Below are positions 39,773 through 50,701 of a DNA stretch of 64,000 nt, piece by piece. The stretch covers positions 29,657 to 93,656 of IMG/VR virus record IMGVR_UViG_3300020045_017904. The stretch is one strand, 5' to 3'. Position 1 is the stretch's first letter; every line of letters begins with the position of its first letter. The notes beneath the pieces were generated by a model. That model had not been told where the DNA came from. It saw nothing but the letters and a program-made list of their open reading frames with translations, and searched no databases. Both the position numbers and the translations under genes were made by a program. The stretch is from a virus.

Positions 39773-40227
39773 TATTTTTTTGTTGGTGGGTTATAATTTT
39801 TCTTGAACCAAAGTTTTAATGCAGATGGATTTGTTTGATATATTGAACCAAATTCATTTTCAAAATTTGAGTATATTTCATCCCAACCTGTTTTTATTGG
39901 GGGGTATTTAGATAATTCTAATTCTCCTCCTCTAAATCCAGCACCATTTCCATCTATATCCCCATCATTATCACCTTGAAATCCTTCTTTCATATTTTCA
40001 TAAACATTCAATAAACTCATTGATTCATTTTTCTTAGTTTTCAATGCTAATAATTGTTTACTAATATCTCTTATTTCATCTGTAAAATTAGTTATATCTT
40101 GGTAAACAGCATCTATTGTACCAGGTTCAAATTCTGCTCCTTGAATTAAACTTTGTATTTCTAATTCTAGGTTTTGCATTTTGATTTTTAATGCTTTTAC
40201 TTTAGCTCTTGTTGAGGTCGGGTTCAT
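39772..40227 (-). CDS. Hypothetical head-region protein
   Basis: Translationally coupled ORF in the head block. Confidence 0.55.
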   Translation of the reverse strand: MNPTSTRAKVKALKIKMQNLELEIQSLIQGAEFEPGTIDAVYQDITNFTDEIRDISKQLLALKTKKNESMSLLNVYENMKEGFQGDNDGDIDGNGAGFRGGELELSKYPPIKTGWDEIYSNFENEFGSIYQTNPSALKLWFKKNYNPPTKK

Positions 40228-40463
40228 TATAAATTATGTGATAATTTTTTAATTGTATTAAGAAGAGATTTTGCATCTTCTATAACTAAGTTTATAGAAT
40301 CTTTATTAATATCATCAACACTATTTTTTATTATAGTAGCTAATTCTATTATTTTATCCTTATATTCTTTATTAAAAGAACCATCAAAAAATCCAGTAAC
40401 ATCCCTTGTTCCTTCTTTTTGTATTTGTTCTTTAATAAGTTTTTTTAATTCACTTTTTTTCAT
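40227..40463 (-). CDS. Putative internal head protein
   Basis: Begins MKKSELKKLIKEQI. Confidence 0.55.
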   Translation of the reverse strand: MKKSELKKLIKEQIQKEGTRDVTGFFDGSFNKEYKDKIIELATIIKNSVDDINKDSINLVIEDAKSLLNTIKKLSHNL

Positions 40464-40470
40464 TTATACT

Positions 40471-40851
40471 TTAATTTTCTATTTTATCAAATAAATTATT
40501 TACTATAGCATCAAATTCTTCTTCTGCTGTTTGAATATCTTCTTCATTTGTTATCCACCAATATTCTTCGTCTTCCTCATTATCATAATCCAATTTAATA
40601 CCAGCAGATTGTAATTTTTGAATTATTTCTCTTTTAAGTTCATCTTTTGGTCCTATAAATGCAACTTTTTCACCTAAAAATAATTGATTCTTCAAATTAT
40701 CAGCTTCATTTTTAATAAATTCAGCTTCTTCTTTACTTACAATGATATTTCCATTATTGCTTGAATAATAACCTCCATCAGAGGCTGTTTTCTCTTCTTC
40801 TGTTATTAATCCAGCCAACACTTGCATTCTTTTTATTTCATTTAATATCAT
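40471..40851 (-). CDS. Putative internal head protein
   Basis: Begins MILNEIKRMQVLAGLITE. Confidence 0.55.
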   Translation of the reverse strand: MILNEIKRMQVLAGLITEEEKTASDGGYYSSNNGNIIVSKEEAEFIKNEADNLKNQLFLGEKVAFIGPKDELKREIIQKLQSAGIKLDYDNEEDEEYWWITNEEDIQTAEEEFDAIVNNLFDKIEN

Positions 40852-41180
40852 TATTTAAACATTTTTAATAAATCATTCATATAATCTATAACTAAACCAG
40901 TACTATAAATTATTGGTTCTTTTGATCCTTGTTTGTATTGTTCTATTGTATCTTGTTTTGCTTTTTGCAATAAAGGTAATAGTTCATTCATTTGGTTTTC
41001 AATAGTAGTAAATTGATTAATTCTTTCTACTATTTTTGGATCAGTTATTTCTAATTCTTCTTCTTTAAGTTTTTTTTTACCTTTAAAAGCAAATGGAGTT
41101 GAATAAGAACCAACATCTCCAGAAACAGACATTTCCTTAATTCTTTTTTTTATAATTTCCTTAAGTTCTTGACGTTTCAC
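40851..41180 (-). CDS. Putative prohead core/internal protein
   Basis: Begins MKRQELKEIIKKRIKE; contains YSTPFAF. Confidence 0.55.
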   Translation of the reverse strand: MKRQELKEIIKKRIKEMSVSGDVGSYSTPFAFKGKKKLKEEELEITDPKIVERINQFTTIENQMNELLPLLQKAKQDTIEQYKQGSKEPIIYSTGLVIDYMNDLLKMFK

Positions 41181-42034
41181 TTTAAATCTTTTATTTCTTG
41201 TAAAAGTTCCCCATATTGTAATAAATTAACTAAATGATCATTATTAATTTTCTCATTTTTATCTAATTCAGTTAATAATTTATTAACTTCATTTATTTTA
41301 ATATGGGTTGCTTTATCTTCTACTTTTTTGTTATATTTTTCTAATTCTTGTTTTATTTCATTTAATTTTGAATTATAAAATATTTTTAACTTAACAGGAT
41401 TATCAACAATATTAATAAATTCTTTTAATATGGATTTTTGAATAGAATTTAAATCATTATATTTTTTATTAAAATTTTCAATTAAAATTCTATAAGTTAA
41501 TATACGAGTATCTTTGTCATATGCTTTAAATTCTTCCATTACCCCTTCCTCAATTTTTTTAACATTCGTATAGTTTGATGTTAAATGTTCTAAAATATAG
41601 GATTTATTCGAAATTAATTGATTTGGGTCAATTTTATTACCATTATATATTTCAAGTAAAGTATATAATGAAGCATAAAGTTTATAATTTGGGGACTTTG
41701 TTTTAAAAAATTCCTCTATATTATAATTTTCACTAATTCTTTTAATTAAATTATATTTTTGTCTATTTAAAACTTCTTTATTAAGGTTTTTTGAACTTTC
41801 AACCAAAGAACTAATAATCATTTCTGATTTGCCTTCTGTTAAATTTCTTTTATTTGATATTATTTCATATAATTTATATTCTCTCCCTAGTTCTGTTTTC
41901 ACAAAAAACTCCCTAAGAATAGGTAAAATCTTTGATTCTTTACCAGATAAAGTATCACTTACTATTTGGTGGATACATAATTCAAATATTATTCCTGTAT
42001 TTTTTAATTTGTTGTGTTTAATATTTACAGCCAT
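41177..42034 (-). CDS. Hypothetical protein downstream of portal
   Basis: IKH.K.KNTGI.FEL; helical; head-block synteny. Confidence 0.65.
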   Translation of the reverse strand: MAVNIKHNKLKNTGIIFELCIHQIVSDTLSGKESKILPILREFFVKTELGREYKLYEIISNKRNLTEGKSEMIISSLVESSKNLNKEVLNRQKYNLIKRISENYNIEEFFKTKSPNYKLYASLYTLLEIYNGNKIDPNQLISNKSYILEHLTSNYTNVKKIEEGVMEEFKAYDKDTRILTYRILIENFNKKYNDLNSIQKSILKEFINIVDNPVKLKIFYNSKLNEIKQELEKYNKKVEDKATHIKINEVNKLLTELDKNEKINNDHLVNLLQYGELLQEIKDLK

Positions 42035-42059
42035 TAAGTGATTTATTATAAATATATAT

Positions 42060-43949
42060 CTAAATTTGTTCCTTTAGTTGGGTTTCATCTAATAATTCAC
42101 TCTCATCTTTTTTAGGGTTAAAAGAAATTATTGATTTTTTATTGTCGTCAAAAAGGGATTCTAATAATACTTTATTTTTTAATCTAATAGATTTGGATTC
42201 TAGATTAAAATTTGATCTAAGACTTCCTTCATCATCATTTTTCATACCTTGTGCTCCTATTCTATCTTTTCCAAATGCATTATCTTGGGTATTTTTATCA
42301 GTAGCTTTTTCTTCAGGTCTTCCTAAATCTAAATCTTTATCATATCCTGCAGGTATTTTGCCTGGATCTTTTTGGATTCTACCAACACCATATAATGAAG
42401 CTAAATCATGAGGTGTTCCATAAGATTTACCCGTTTCTTTTGGATCATTTCCTTCTTCTTTTATTTGATTAATTCTAAAATCACGTTTAGCGTCTTCAAT
42501 TAATAAAGCTCTATAATCATCAAATTGTTCTTCTGATAAATGAAATATATTATGGTAAATATAATCTGTTGGTAACAATTTATTTTCCATAATAGTAGTA
42601 GCTAATTCTACTTTTTCTTTCATTAAAGCTATTCTCTCTTGATCATAAATTATTGAAGGGGTAGTTAAAGAAAGTTCAAAATTAGTTAATTCATCTTTAT
42701 CATATCCTTGGGTATATAAATGAACTAAAGCTATCTTATATAATTCAGATAAAATTATACGTTGAATTCTATCTATTGTACGTCCAAATCTAATATCCTC
42801 TGCTGCTAAAGTTGCTTTTCCAGATAAATTTTCTTCATAACCTAAAAAAGCACGTGGTACTTTTAAAGCAGCAAATAATTTATCTCTTAAATATTTTACA
42901 TCTTCAATTCCATCCCATTGTAAACCAGGTAAATTATCAATTTTAGTAACTTGATCATTTCCTCTTACAGGAATATAAAAATCTTCTAATTGATTTTGAA
43001 TATTAAATTTAAGATTATATTCTCCTGTTTCACTATCAATATGAGGAGTACGTTTCATAGTATTGATAGTTTTTTGCATAAATTGCTCTACTTCATTTGG
43101 TGGAATAGCACCAACATTTATATAAAAAATACGTTTTTCAGGAGCTCTTACAATTCTATGTATTAACATACTATCTTCCATTAACACATATTGTTTATAT
43201 AATCTACGAGCAGGTTCTAAATAACTTCTTCCATATGGTAAATAATTTACATCAGTTAATAATCTAAAATGAGCTATTTCATAATTTTCAAATACTGGTT
43301 TTCTTCCATCTTTTGTTCTTGGAATATTATAATATCCACTATGACCACTTGCTAATCCTTCAGGACTAAATTTATATTTTACTGAGGAAGGGTTCTGTGG
43401 ATCTGTTCCTTCTTCTCTTTCAATATGGTATGCTGTATAAGGAATAATGTTATAAACTCCTAATTCTTCTGCTATTTCTAATTTCAAGAAAAAATCACCA
43501 TATTTACACATTTGTCTAACCCAACTCCATAAATTAAATTCTATGTTTAAAACTTCATAGAATAAATTATATAATATTTGTTGAATATCTTCATCATTAC
43601 TTCTTATTTGAAGAATTTCTCCTTGTTCATTTTTTAAAGTTGATTCATCAGCTATTATATCTAAAGCAGAAGCTACTATTGCATCACCATCCATTAAATC
43701 ATAATCAGAATATAAGAAAGTTCTCATATATTGATAGTTTGTATTTAATTGATTTCCAAACATAGAAGTAGAATTAGGAGAATAAATTCTACTATATCTA
43801 TCAAGCATTGAATTTGTTTTTATTTCACCAGAGTTTTGGATTTTGTTTACATCTAAAACTCTAAGTTCATCTCCATTTTTACTTCTAATAATTACGTCAG
43901 TAGAAAACAATATTTGAAGTCTACTAAATATATCTCTTTTTAATTCCAT
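42060..43949 (-). CDS. Portal protein (T4 gp20-like)
   Basis: ALDIIADE, EDSMLIHRIVRAPEKRIFYI.VG, EDFYIP, I.NLPG, LFAALKVP, EDIRF. Confidence 0.93.
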   Translation of the reverse strand: MELKRDIFSRLQILFSTDVIIRSKNGDELRVLDVNKIQNSGEIKTNSMLDRYSRIYSPNSTSMFGNQLNTNYQYMRTFLYSDYDLMDGDAIVASALDIIADESTLKNEQGEILQIRSNDEDIQQILYNLFYEVLNIEFNLWSWVRQMCKYGDFFLKLEIAEELGVYNIIPYTAYHIEREEGTDPQNPSSVKYKFSPEGLASGHSGYYNIPRTKDGRKPVFENYEIAHFRLLTDVNYLPYGRSYLEPARRLYKQYVLMEDSMLIHRIVRAPEKRIFYINVGAIPPNEVEQFMQKTINTMKRTPHIDSETGEYNLKFNIQNQLEDFYIPVRGNDQVTKIDNLPGLQWDGIEDVKYLRDKLFAALKVPRAFLGYEENLSGKATLAAEDIRFGRTIDRIQRIILSELYKIALVHLYTQGYDKDELTNFELSLTTPSIIYDQERIALMKEKVELATTIMENKLLPTDYIYHNIFHLSEEQFDDYRALLIEDAKRDFRINQIKEEGNDPKETGKSYGTPHDLASLYGVGRIQKDPGKIPAGYDKDLDLGRPEEKATDKNTQDNAFGKDRIGAQGMKNDDEGSLRSNFNLESKSIRLKNKVLLESLFDDNKKSIISFNPKKDESELLDETQLKEQI

Positions 43950-43978
43950 TTTATTTTAATTGAATAAATTAATTATTT

Positions 43979-46744
43979 TTATCTTACAAGCCACGAAAAA
44001 TCTTCTCTTTCTCTATTATTAATAGGCATAGAATATGGATTATCTTTTCCTGAACCAAAGTAGTATGCTCCTTGATATGGAGTATCATTTCTTGAAATAT
44101 TATTTAATACAGCTCGAGTCATATCTTTGGTTTGTTGTTGGTATCTTAATGTTGTATCTCTTAAATATTGTCCTATTCCAAAAGGAATAACTAAATCATC
44201 ATTATAACCAGATTGGGCTTCAGGACGACCATTTTTCCAAACAAATACCTTCATTTCATCTAATAATCTTTTTGAATTTATAGTTACACTTTTTTCATTT
44301 ACTGCTTCAATAAATTTACTAATTATTAATGGGCGAGTTCTTAATGAATTTGTAAATCCAGGAGTTTTTACTTCATTATTTTCAAATTTATCAAAATAAG
44401 ATTCTGCTGTAATATTATTACCTTTTGGGGAATAATAAACATTTTTATATCCTATTTCTAAAACAGATTCAACTGTTGACCAACCTATACCAGTATTTTC
44501 TATTATTAATAATCCTTGATTATATTCAGTTGCTAATCCTATTAAAAATCTTGCAAATTCTTTAGGAGCTAATTGACCTTTATATTCAGCAACCTGAATA
44601 TTTGTTTCAATATCTATAACATGAGCAGATGAATAATCTTTTCCATCTCCCCTTGCTACGTCAGCTATTATAGCATAATTTTTTGAATAATCAGGATATT
44701 CCCATATCCATAAATTTTTATCAACTCCTCTTCTTTCTAAAGGATCTTTTACTGTGGTTTGTTCTATAAATTGTAATATTTCACTATAAAATACAGTATC
44801 ACCAGATGTTGAAAATTCTGCATCACAATTATGTACTATTCCAAATTCAGTAACATAAGTATTAGTATTTTCAACTTCAAAATTAAATACATTAATTTCT
44901 TTATTTTCAATTTTTTTAAGTTTTAATTTTGTTAATGGTTTATTTTCATATTTAAACTTAGTTATTTTTTTACCATTTTGATTAAAATCTATATTATTTG
45001 TTCTTTGACTAAAAATTTTATTTTCGGATTGAATTTGAGTACCTATAAAAGTTAAAATATAATTAGGTTGAACATTATAATCTTTACCTATAATATTTTT
45101 TATTCCTCCGTTTGATTTTTTTAAAGTAACATTATGAATACCTAACATATTAGCAATATATAAGGCATCATAAATTAATTTACCATTTGAAAAACATAAA
45201 TTACAATTATATTCTTTTTTTAACATACCATCTCCAGATATCATTCCATCTAAAATCCCCTTTAAGGTTTCTTTATTAGAATTTTCATAAACAAATTTAC
45301 TAATATTTTTATATTGGCAATATTTATTTTCATTTAAACACAATTCAATAAATTTTTTAAATATTTGATTTTTAATATATAAGTTTGCAGCTTTATCTCT
45401 CTTACTTTTATAATGTGAAAATATAGTAATATTAAATTTATCTAAAATTAAATTTTCTAAAAATAAAGGCCATGTTTCCTTTTCTAAATCCCAATTATAA
45501 GTAAAAGAAACAACATTCTTCCAATAACTCCCCTCTGATAAATAACATCCTAATATAAATCCTAATTTATAATCAAATTCAATAAATCTGTTTATGTGGG
45601 ATTTTTTATTTAACCATATATAATTTTCATCATATTTTAATGGAAAATATTTTGGGTTTTCAGCTTTAATATATTCTAATAAATCTATTTTTTTAGTTAA
45701 AGAATCTTCTATTTTATTTGGAAATAATTGAATATATTCTTTTGTATCAATTAAACTATTTATTTCTTCCCATTTATTATTTTTATTTAAAAATGGGTGA
45801 TTACCAGTAACATATTTTTTAATATTATTTAATCCATTTTTAATTTCATATAAATTTTCTGATTTATGAGAAAAGATATTTTTCACTTTATTAAAAGTAC
45901 CATCGTGACTTAAAACCAAATCATCTCTTTTTATTTCACTTATTTCTTTGGGGCCATATTTTGTATAAATTATTGTATCCCCCGAAAAACATTCTTGTGC
46001 TGCTATTCTTGGATCTCCTAATAATTCATCTTGTTTTCTTCTCCATTCCTCATCTCTTTCTGGATGTACATACCAAGGTAATTTTATTGGTAAAAATTGA
46101 TTATCTCTTTCATTTAATTCAGCTTTTACCCAAGTTCTATGGAACCAATTTCCTGTACCATATGGAGTTGACATTGCTATACAACCTCCTCCAGTTGCAA
46201 GAGTTTGCTGTGCTGAAGCCCAAATTTTATCAACACCTTCAATAAAAGCTGCTTCATCAATTAATAATAAAGATACTGCTTCTGATCTACCTGAATCCTC
46301 AGCTGCTGATACTGCTTTTATTTGAGAACCATTATTGAATTTTAGGGTTAATTTATTTTCTTCAGGTGGTCTAATTGGTTCTCTTAACCAGGAAGGTAAA
46401 TTATTATACATAAAGGTAACTTTTGTTACCATGTTTTTTGCAGTATCTTGTTTAGTTGCTATACATAAAACGTTTTTACTTTCATTAAAAAGCATTAACC
46501 ATAATGAAAAACCAGCTGCTAATGTTGAAATACCTAATTGTCTTTATTTACAAACAATAGAATAATCATTTTCTTGCCATAACTTTATAACTTTTTCTTG
46601 GAATTTATAAAGAGTAAAAGGTATTCTTCCTCTTTTTGGATGTTGTATGTAACAATATTTTTTTAGAAAATAGACAGGATCAGAAATAGATTTTATATAT
46701 TCTGATTTTATTATTTCTTTTACACTTAATTGTTCATTACTCAT
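43979..46744 (-). CDS. terL: Large terminase (gp17-like), intein-containing, with one in-frame TAA at 46544-46546
   Basis: ORFs 46544-46744 and 43979-46495 are in the same frame, joined by K*RQLGISTLAAG (Walker A). Also LLIDEAAF, STPYG.GN.F, ADVARGDGKDYS, IENTGIG and NDDLV. Confidence 0.9.
44828..45991 (-). mobile_element. Intein (388 aa) with LAGLIDADG homing endonuclease in terL
   Basis: N-junction AAQE|CFSGDT; block B VTGNHPFL; LAGLIDADG-like LGCYLSEGS and LDGMISGDG; block F VFNFEVE; C-junction IVHN|CDAEF. Confidence 0.93.
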
Positions 46745-47424
46745 GATATTTTATATTTCCATATAAATTTTCCTGCTGTTTTATTTGCTCCACTTAAAGC
46801 AAGATTTATATTTAATATATTGGTAATATTTTTAGCATCTTTAATACTAGGCCATTCTTTTATAAGATTACCTTTTAAATCAAATTGACTAATAGGAATA
46901 TATTTTTTAGAAATTGCTTCTAAAGTATGTTTATATTTATTATCTTTATTAGGAGATTTTCTACCTTTAAAAGGTTGAGTCTTACCCTTCATAGGACATA
47001 TTCTTCCTTTAAGGGATTTACTTATTATATCCCCAAATCCTAAAGGTTTGGGTTTTTTCATTTTTTGAATTATATCATCAGTATAATAAATTGAATGGTT
47101 TTTTAAAGAATTTTTGATTTTTTGTTTGGTTTCTTCATTACAAACCCCCCTACCTTTCCCCAATCTACAATTTAAACCTTTATTTAATGAATCAAAATGT
47201 AATCCCCAAAATATTTCTCTTTCATCTAATTCTTCTATTTTACAATATTCAATTATTTCGAAGATATGAGTTGAAAAATTATATTTATTTAAAGAATTAA
47301 ATAATTTAATTCCTATACTATTTTTAGCATTTCTTGAATATTCTAAAAATCTTCTTTCAATATTAATACTTTGACCAATATATATTCTTCCTTTAGGATT
47401 TGTTATTTTGTAAATTCCTATCAT
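46741..47424 (-). CDS. GIY-YIG homing endonuclease with NUMOD-type domains
   Basis: GIYKITNPKGRIYIGQS; ISQFDLKGNLIKEWPSIKDA...KTAGKFIW. Confidence 0.88.
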   Translation of the reverse strand: MIGIYKITNPKGRIYIGQSINIERRFLEYSRNAKNSIGIKLFNSLNKYNFSTHIFEIIEYCKIEELDEREIFWGLHFDSLNKGLNCRLGKGRGVCNEETKQKIKNSLKNHSIYYTDDIIQKMKKPKPLGFGDIISKSLKGRICPMKGKTQPFKGRKSPNKDNKYKHTLEAISKKYIPISQFDLKGNLIKEWPSIKDAKNITNILNINLALSGANKTAGKFIWKYKIS

Positions 47425-47430
47425 ACACCT

Positions 47431-48024
47431 TTACTTCCCTACTTTCCATAGCATTCTTAAATTAACTACAGGTTTAATATTATTATTTATTCCTACTCCT
47501 AATCCTAATGATTTTTTATTTTTTGTTTTTAACATTAATTCTCCACCTAAATAATTAAAACCTTGTTGAGATCCTCCTAAACCAAACCCATAATATAATT
47601 CTCTTTTTGATTTTGGAGCAGGATATGTGATTGTTCTTGTAATTATTTTAGTTGGGTAATTAATATTGTATTTTACTTGTCTTGAAGTTATTTTATTTTC
47701 AGACAAAGTATCATCTATATAAATTTTAACACTATCATGATCTATAGTATCTTTAACATTATAAAATGAATAATATTTAGTCATTAATTCTTCTAAAGCA
47801 AACGCAGTATCTGTGATTGGAGGTAAATATACAATAATTGGTTCTCCTACTTTCTTAATGTATTTAGGAATATAACGTGGAGTTTCTATTTTTAAAGTAT
47901 CCCATTTTGTTATTGTAGTAGTTGTAATAGTGGGGTTGGTTGGACAAGGTTTATTGCAAACCCCCATAAATAATATTATTACAAGTAAAACACCTATTAT
48001 TATATATTCAAATTTTAATTTCAT
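47431..48024 (-). CDS. Membrane-anchored protein, candidate spanin
   Basis: N-terminal TM helix, DT-rich periplasmic-like segment, C-terminal Gly/aromatic beta-strands. Confidence 0.5.
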   Translation of the reverse strand: MKLKFEYIIIGVLLVIILFMGVCNKPCPTNPTITTTTITKWDTLKIETPRYIPKYIKKVGEPIIVYLPPITDTAFALEELMTKYYSFYNVKDTIDHDSVKIYIDDTLSENKITSRQVKYNINYPTKIITRTITYPAPKSKRELYYGFGLGGSQQGFNYLGGELMLKTKNKKSLGLGVGINNNIKPVVNLRMLWKVGK

Positions 48025-48027
48025 AAT

Positions 48028-50676
48028 TTATGTTCTATTTTTTTCAAACCATGCGTCTAAATCTTCTAAAGTTTTTCCATCTTTAGTTTTTTCAGGATTA
48101 TTAGCAACAATACCCCCTCCCATTTCATCATAAAATCCCATTTCTACTAATGCTTCTTCAGCAGCAATTGCATCTTCATCATCTTCATGTCCTTTTGGAG
48201 GATTAGATTCATCTACTAAATCCTTTAATTCATTAAACGTATAATCTTTTATATTTGAACTATATTTACCTTCCTGATTTCTATGTTTAATAATATTTGA
48301 CATATTATCTTTATGTAAACCAGTTTCTTCTCTTATTTCCGAATCATCAATATTTTCTTCCTCAACTAATTCTTCTAATTTATTAGAATAATGTTCGCAT
48401 TTTTCTCTATCTTTTCTCCATGCTTCAGCCCAATCACTAACTTCTATTTGTTCCCAATATTTTCCAGTTGCTTTTTCCCATCTTAACCACATAGCATTAT
48501 CTTTTTCTTGTAAATCTTCCTCTAAATCATCCATTCTCCCAGCAAAAGTATTTGATTTATCTAAATCACTATTACCTGGTCTATCACCATCTCTTGCAAA
48601 TAGCTCATTTATATTTTCTCCTTTTATAGCATCCATAACTTCAGATTGATGTTCTCTATAAACACTTTTATATTTGTTTATAAAGTATTTCATTATTAAT
48701 TCTAATCCTTTTTCTAAGAATGGAGCATAACGGTCTTGATTATTTCTTTGACTTGCATAAAAATGTTTTCTTCTTTGATCTGAATTTCTTCCTGGTTTAA
48801 AAGAGTATTGTATATCTTGTGAATTATCAGATTTTATGCTTTTCATTCTACTTATTTCTTCTTCAGGCATTCCTAAAGTTTTTAAGAATGGGAATGGAAG
48901 TGAATTAAAATCTCCATCATTATAAAATCTATAATAAGCATGGAATGTTTTATCTTTTAATGCTTGGTCTCCTTTACTCATATAAGGATAAATAACTTGT
49001 AAAGCTTTATCTATATTTTTAAGTTTTCCGTTTGAGGCACGGCCGGGAAATGAGGCTTCTTCTATTTCGTTTTCTTTAATCAAAGTATCAATATAAGGTA
49101 AATTCATAGAATCCTTCCCTATTTCATATTCATATCCTTTTGAATTTAATATAATTAAATCTTGTTCTGCATAATTCATTAATTTTTGTAATTGTGAATC
49201 TGTAGCATCATCTCCTACTCCATTAGGTAATAAATGATCATATGTATAAATCCCATCATCATAATTACCTTTTAGTTTATTATCCTCTTCTTTAACCAAA
49301 GTATCAGAATATAATTCTTGTAATTCTTCTAATTCTTTTTTTAGCTTATTTTTTTCTTTTAATTGTGCAATTAATGGTTGTTTTTCTTCGTCAGTAGTTG
49401 CTTTTTTCCATTTATTAACTAATTCAGTTATATCTGATGTTACTTGTCTTAGGTTTTTAATTACAAAATCTAATTTTGCTGCTTTGGATTGAACTTTTTT
49501 GGCTCCTTTTGTAGCTGTTTTATCTATTGCTTCTTCATCATCTACACCAGAATCATCATTATCTGCTTTGTTCCATGTGTCAGGTTTTTCAGGTTCATCT
49601 TCGTCAGATTTTGCTTCATCTATATTTTCAAAACCATTTTGTTCAACTAATTTTTTTATTATATTAGTACATTTTGAAACTTTATCTTCTATTGTTGGGT
49701 TATTAAAAACAAATAAATTTTCTTCTATATCATTTATTGCTGATGTAATTATTTCAAATTCTGCTGTTTTGAATACTTGTCTTTCATTTAAATTTTCTTG
49801 TGTGTTTTTGATTATATTAAAATGATTTTCTTCTGTTAAATAATAAAATACTTTATCTGCAGCTTGTTTAGCACCTAATGTATCTTCTATTGGAACACAC
49901 ATATCTATAGTATTTGTTATAATATTTAGGATTTCACTTTCGTTTAAATTTTCATTCCATCCTTCATTTAATTGAGGTTTTGCTTCATTTATATTTTCCA
50001 TTTTAGAAATAGATAAAACACCTTTATCATTTAAAATATAAACTATTTTTTCCGCTAATTTTTTAAAATCCTGTGCCTTAATAACTTTAAATGAAGAAGA
50101 ATAATCAGGGTCTCCATCAGATAATATATTAAGTACCATGTTTGTAATATCTTCTGATGCTCCTTCATTTAACTTATTTTGTAAATTTGATTTAAATTTA
50201 GGATCAGTTTTTAATTTTTCTTTTATATAATCAAGTAATTCTGTTTTATTATCAGCACTAATATCCATATCCCAAATAGCATCTACTATTTTATTAACCA
50301 TAATTTTGGCTTTTTGTAGTTTAGGATCTTTTGTTTCACTCAATTTTACATCAAATCCTTTATCAGTATAATTTTTAATATCTGAATCAGAAGTGTTTTT
50401 TTTAAGTTCAATTGAGCCTGGTTGTGTTTCATAAATTTTTGGTAATTTGTTCCATTCTTGTCTTTCCTTCCAATCTAATTCCTTATAATTTTTCCCAAAC
50501 ATCTCTTGAGCAACTTTATTTCTTTTTTGGAGAGTTTGATTATATTCTATATCACTTTGATCTATATCCCTTTGTCTTGCTTCAGGAGAAGCATTTTTCA
50601 TTAATGTTCTCTCTTCTTTAATTATTGATTTACTAATGGTTTCTTGAATGGATTGTTTTAAATCTGATTTTTTCAT
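48028..50676 (-). CDS. Large acidic putative internal head polyprotein
   Basis: Begins MKKSDLKQSIQETI; dissimilar segments separated by LNE/INE/IKE sites. Confidence 0.6.
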   Translation of the reverse strand: MKKSDLKQSIQETISKSIIKEERTLMKNASPEARQRDIDQSDIEYNQTLQKRNKVAQEMFGKNYKELDWKERQEWNKLPKIYETQPGSIELKKNTSDSDIKNYTDKGFDVKLSETKDPKLQKAKIMVNKIVDAIWDMDISADNKTELLDYIKEKLKTDPKFKSNLQNKLNEGASEDITNMVLNILSDGDPDYSSSFKVIKAQDFKKLAEKIVYILNDKGVLSISKMENINEAKPQLNEGWNENLNESEILNIITNTIDMCVPIEDTLGAKQAADKVFYYLTEENHFNIIKNTQENLNERQVFKTAEFEIITSAINDIEENLFVFNNPTIEDKVSKCTNIIKKLVEQNGFENIDEAKSDEDEPEKPDTWNKADNDDSGVDDEEAIDKTATKGAKKVQSKAAKLDFVIKNLRQVTSDITELVNKWKKATTDEEKQPLIAQLKEKNKLKKELEELQELYSDTLVKEEDNKLKGNYDDGIYTYDHLLPNGVGDDATDSQLQKLMNYAEQDLIILNSKGYEYEIGKDSMNLPYIDTLIKENEIEEASFPGRASNGKLKNIDKALQVIYPYMSKGDQALKDKTFHAYYRFYNDGDFNSLPFPFLKTLGMPEEEISRMKSIKSDNSQDIQYSFKPGRNSDQRRKHFYASQRNNQDRYAPFLEKGLELIMKYFINKYKSVYREHQSEVMDAIKGENINELFARDGDRPGNSDLDKSNTFAGRMDDLEEDLQEKDNAMWLRWEKATGKYWEQIEVSDWAEAWRKDREKCEHYSNKLEELVEEENIDDSEIREETGLHKDNMSNIIKHRNQEGKYSSNIKDYTFNELKDLVDESNPPKGHEDDEDAIAAEEALVEMGFYDEMGGGIVANNPEKTKDGKTLEDLDAWFEKNRT

Positions 50677-50701
50677 TTATTAGAAATATTTATTATAAAT
50701 A

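Noticed and set aside
46496-46543. Group I intron or naturally split terminase
   Set aside because: The 48-nt gap is in-frame conserved coding sequence (RQLGISTLAAGFSLWL), leaving no room for an intron.
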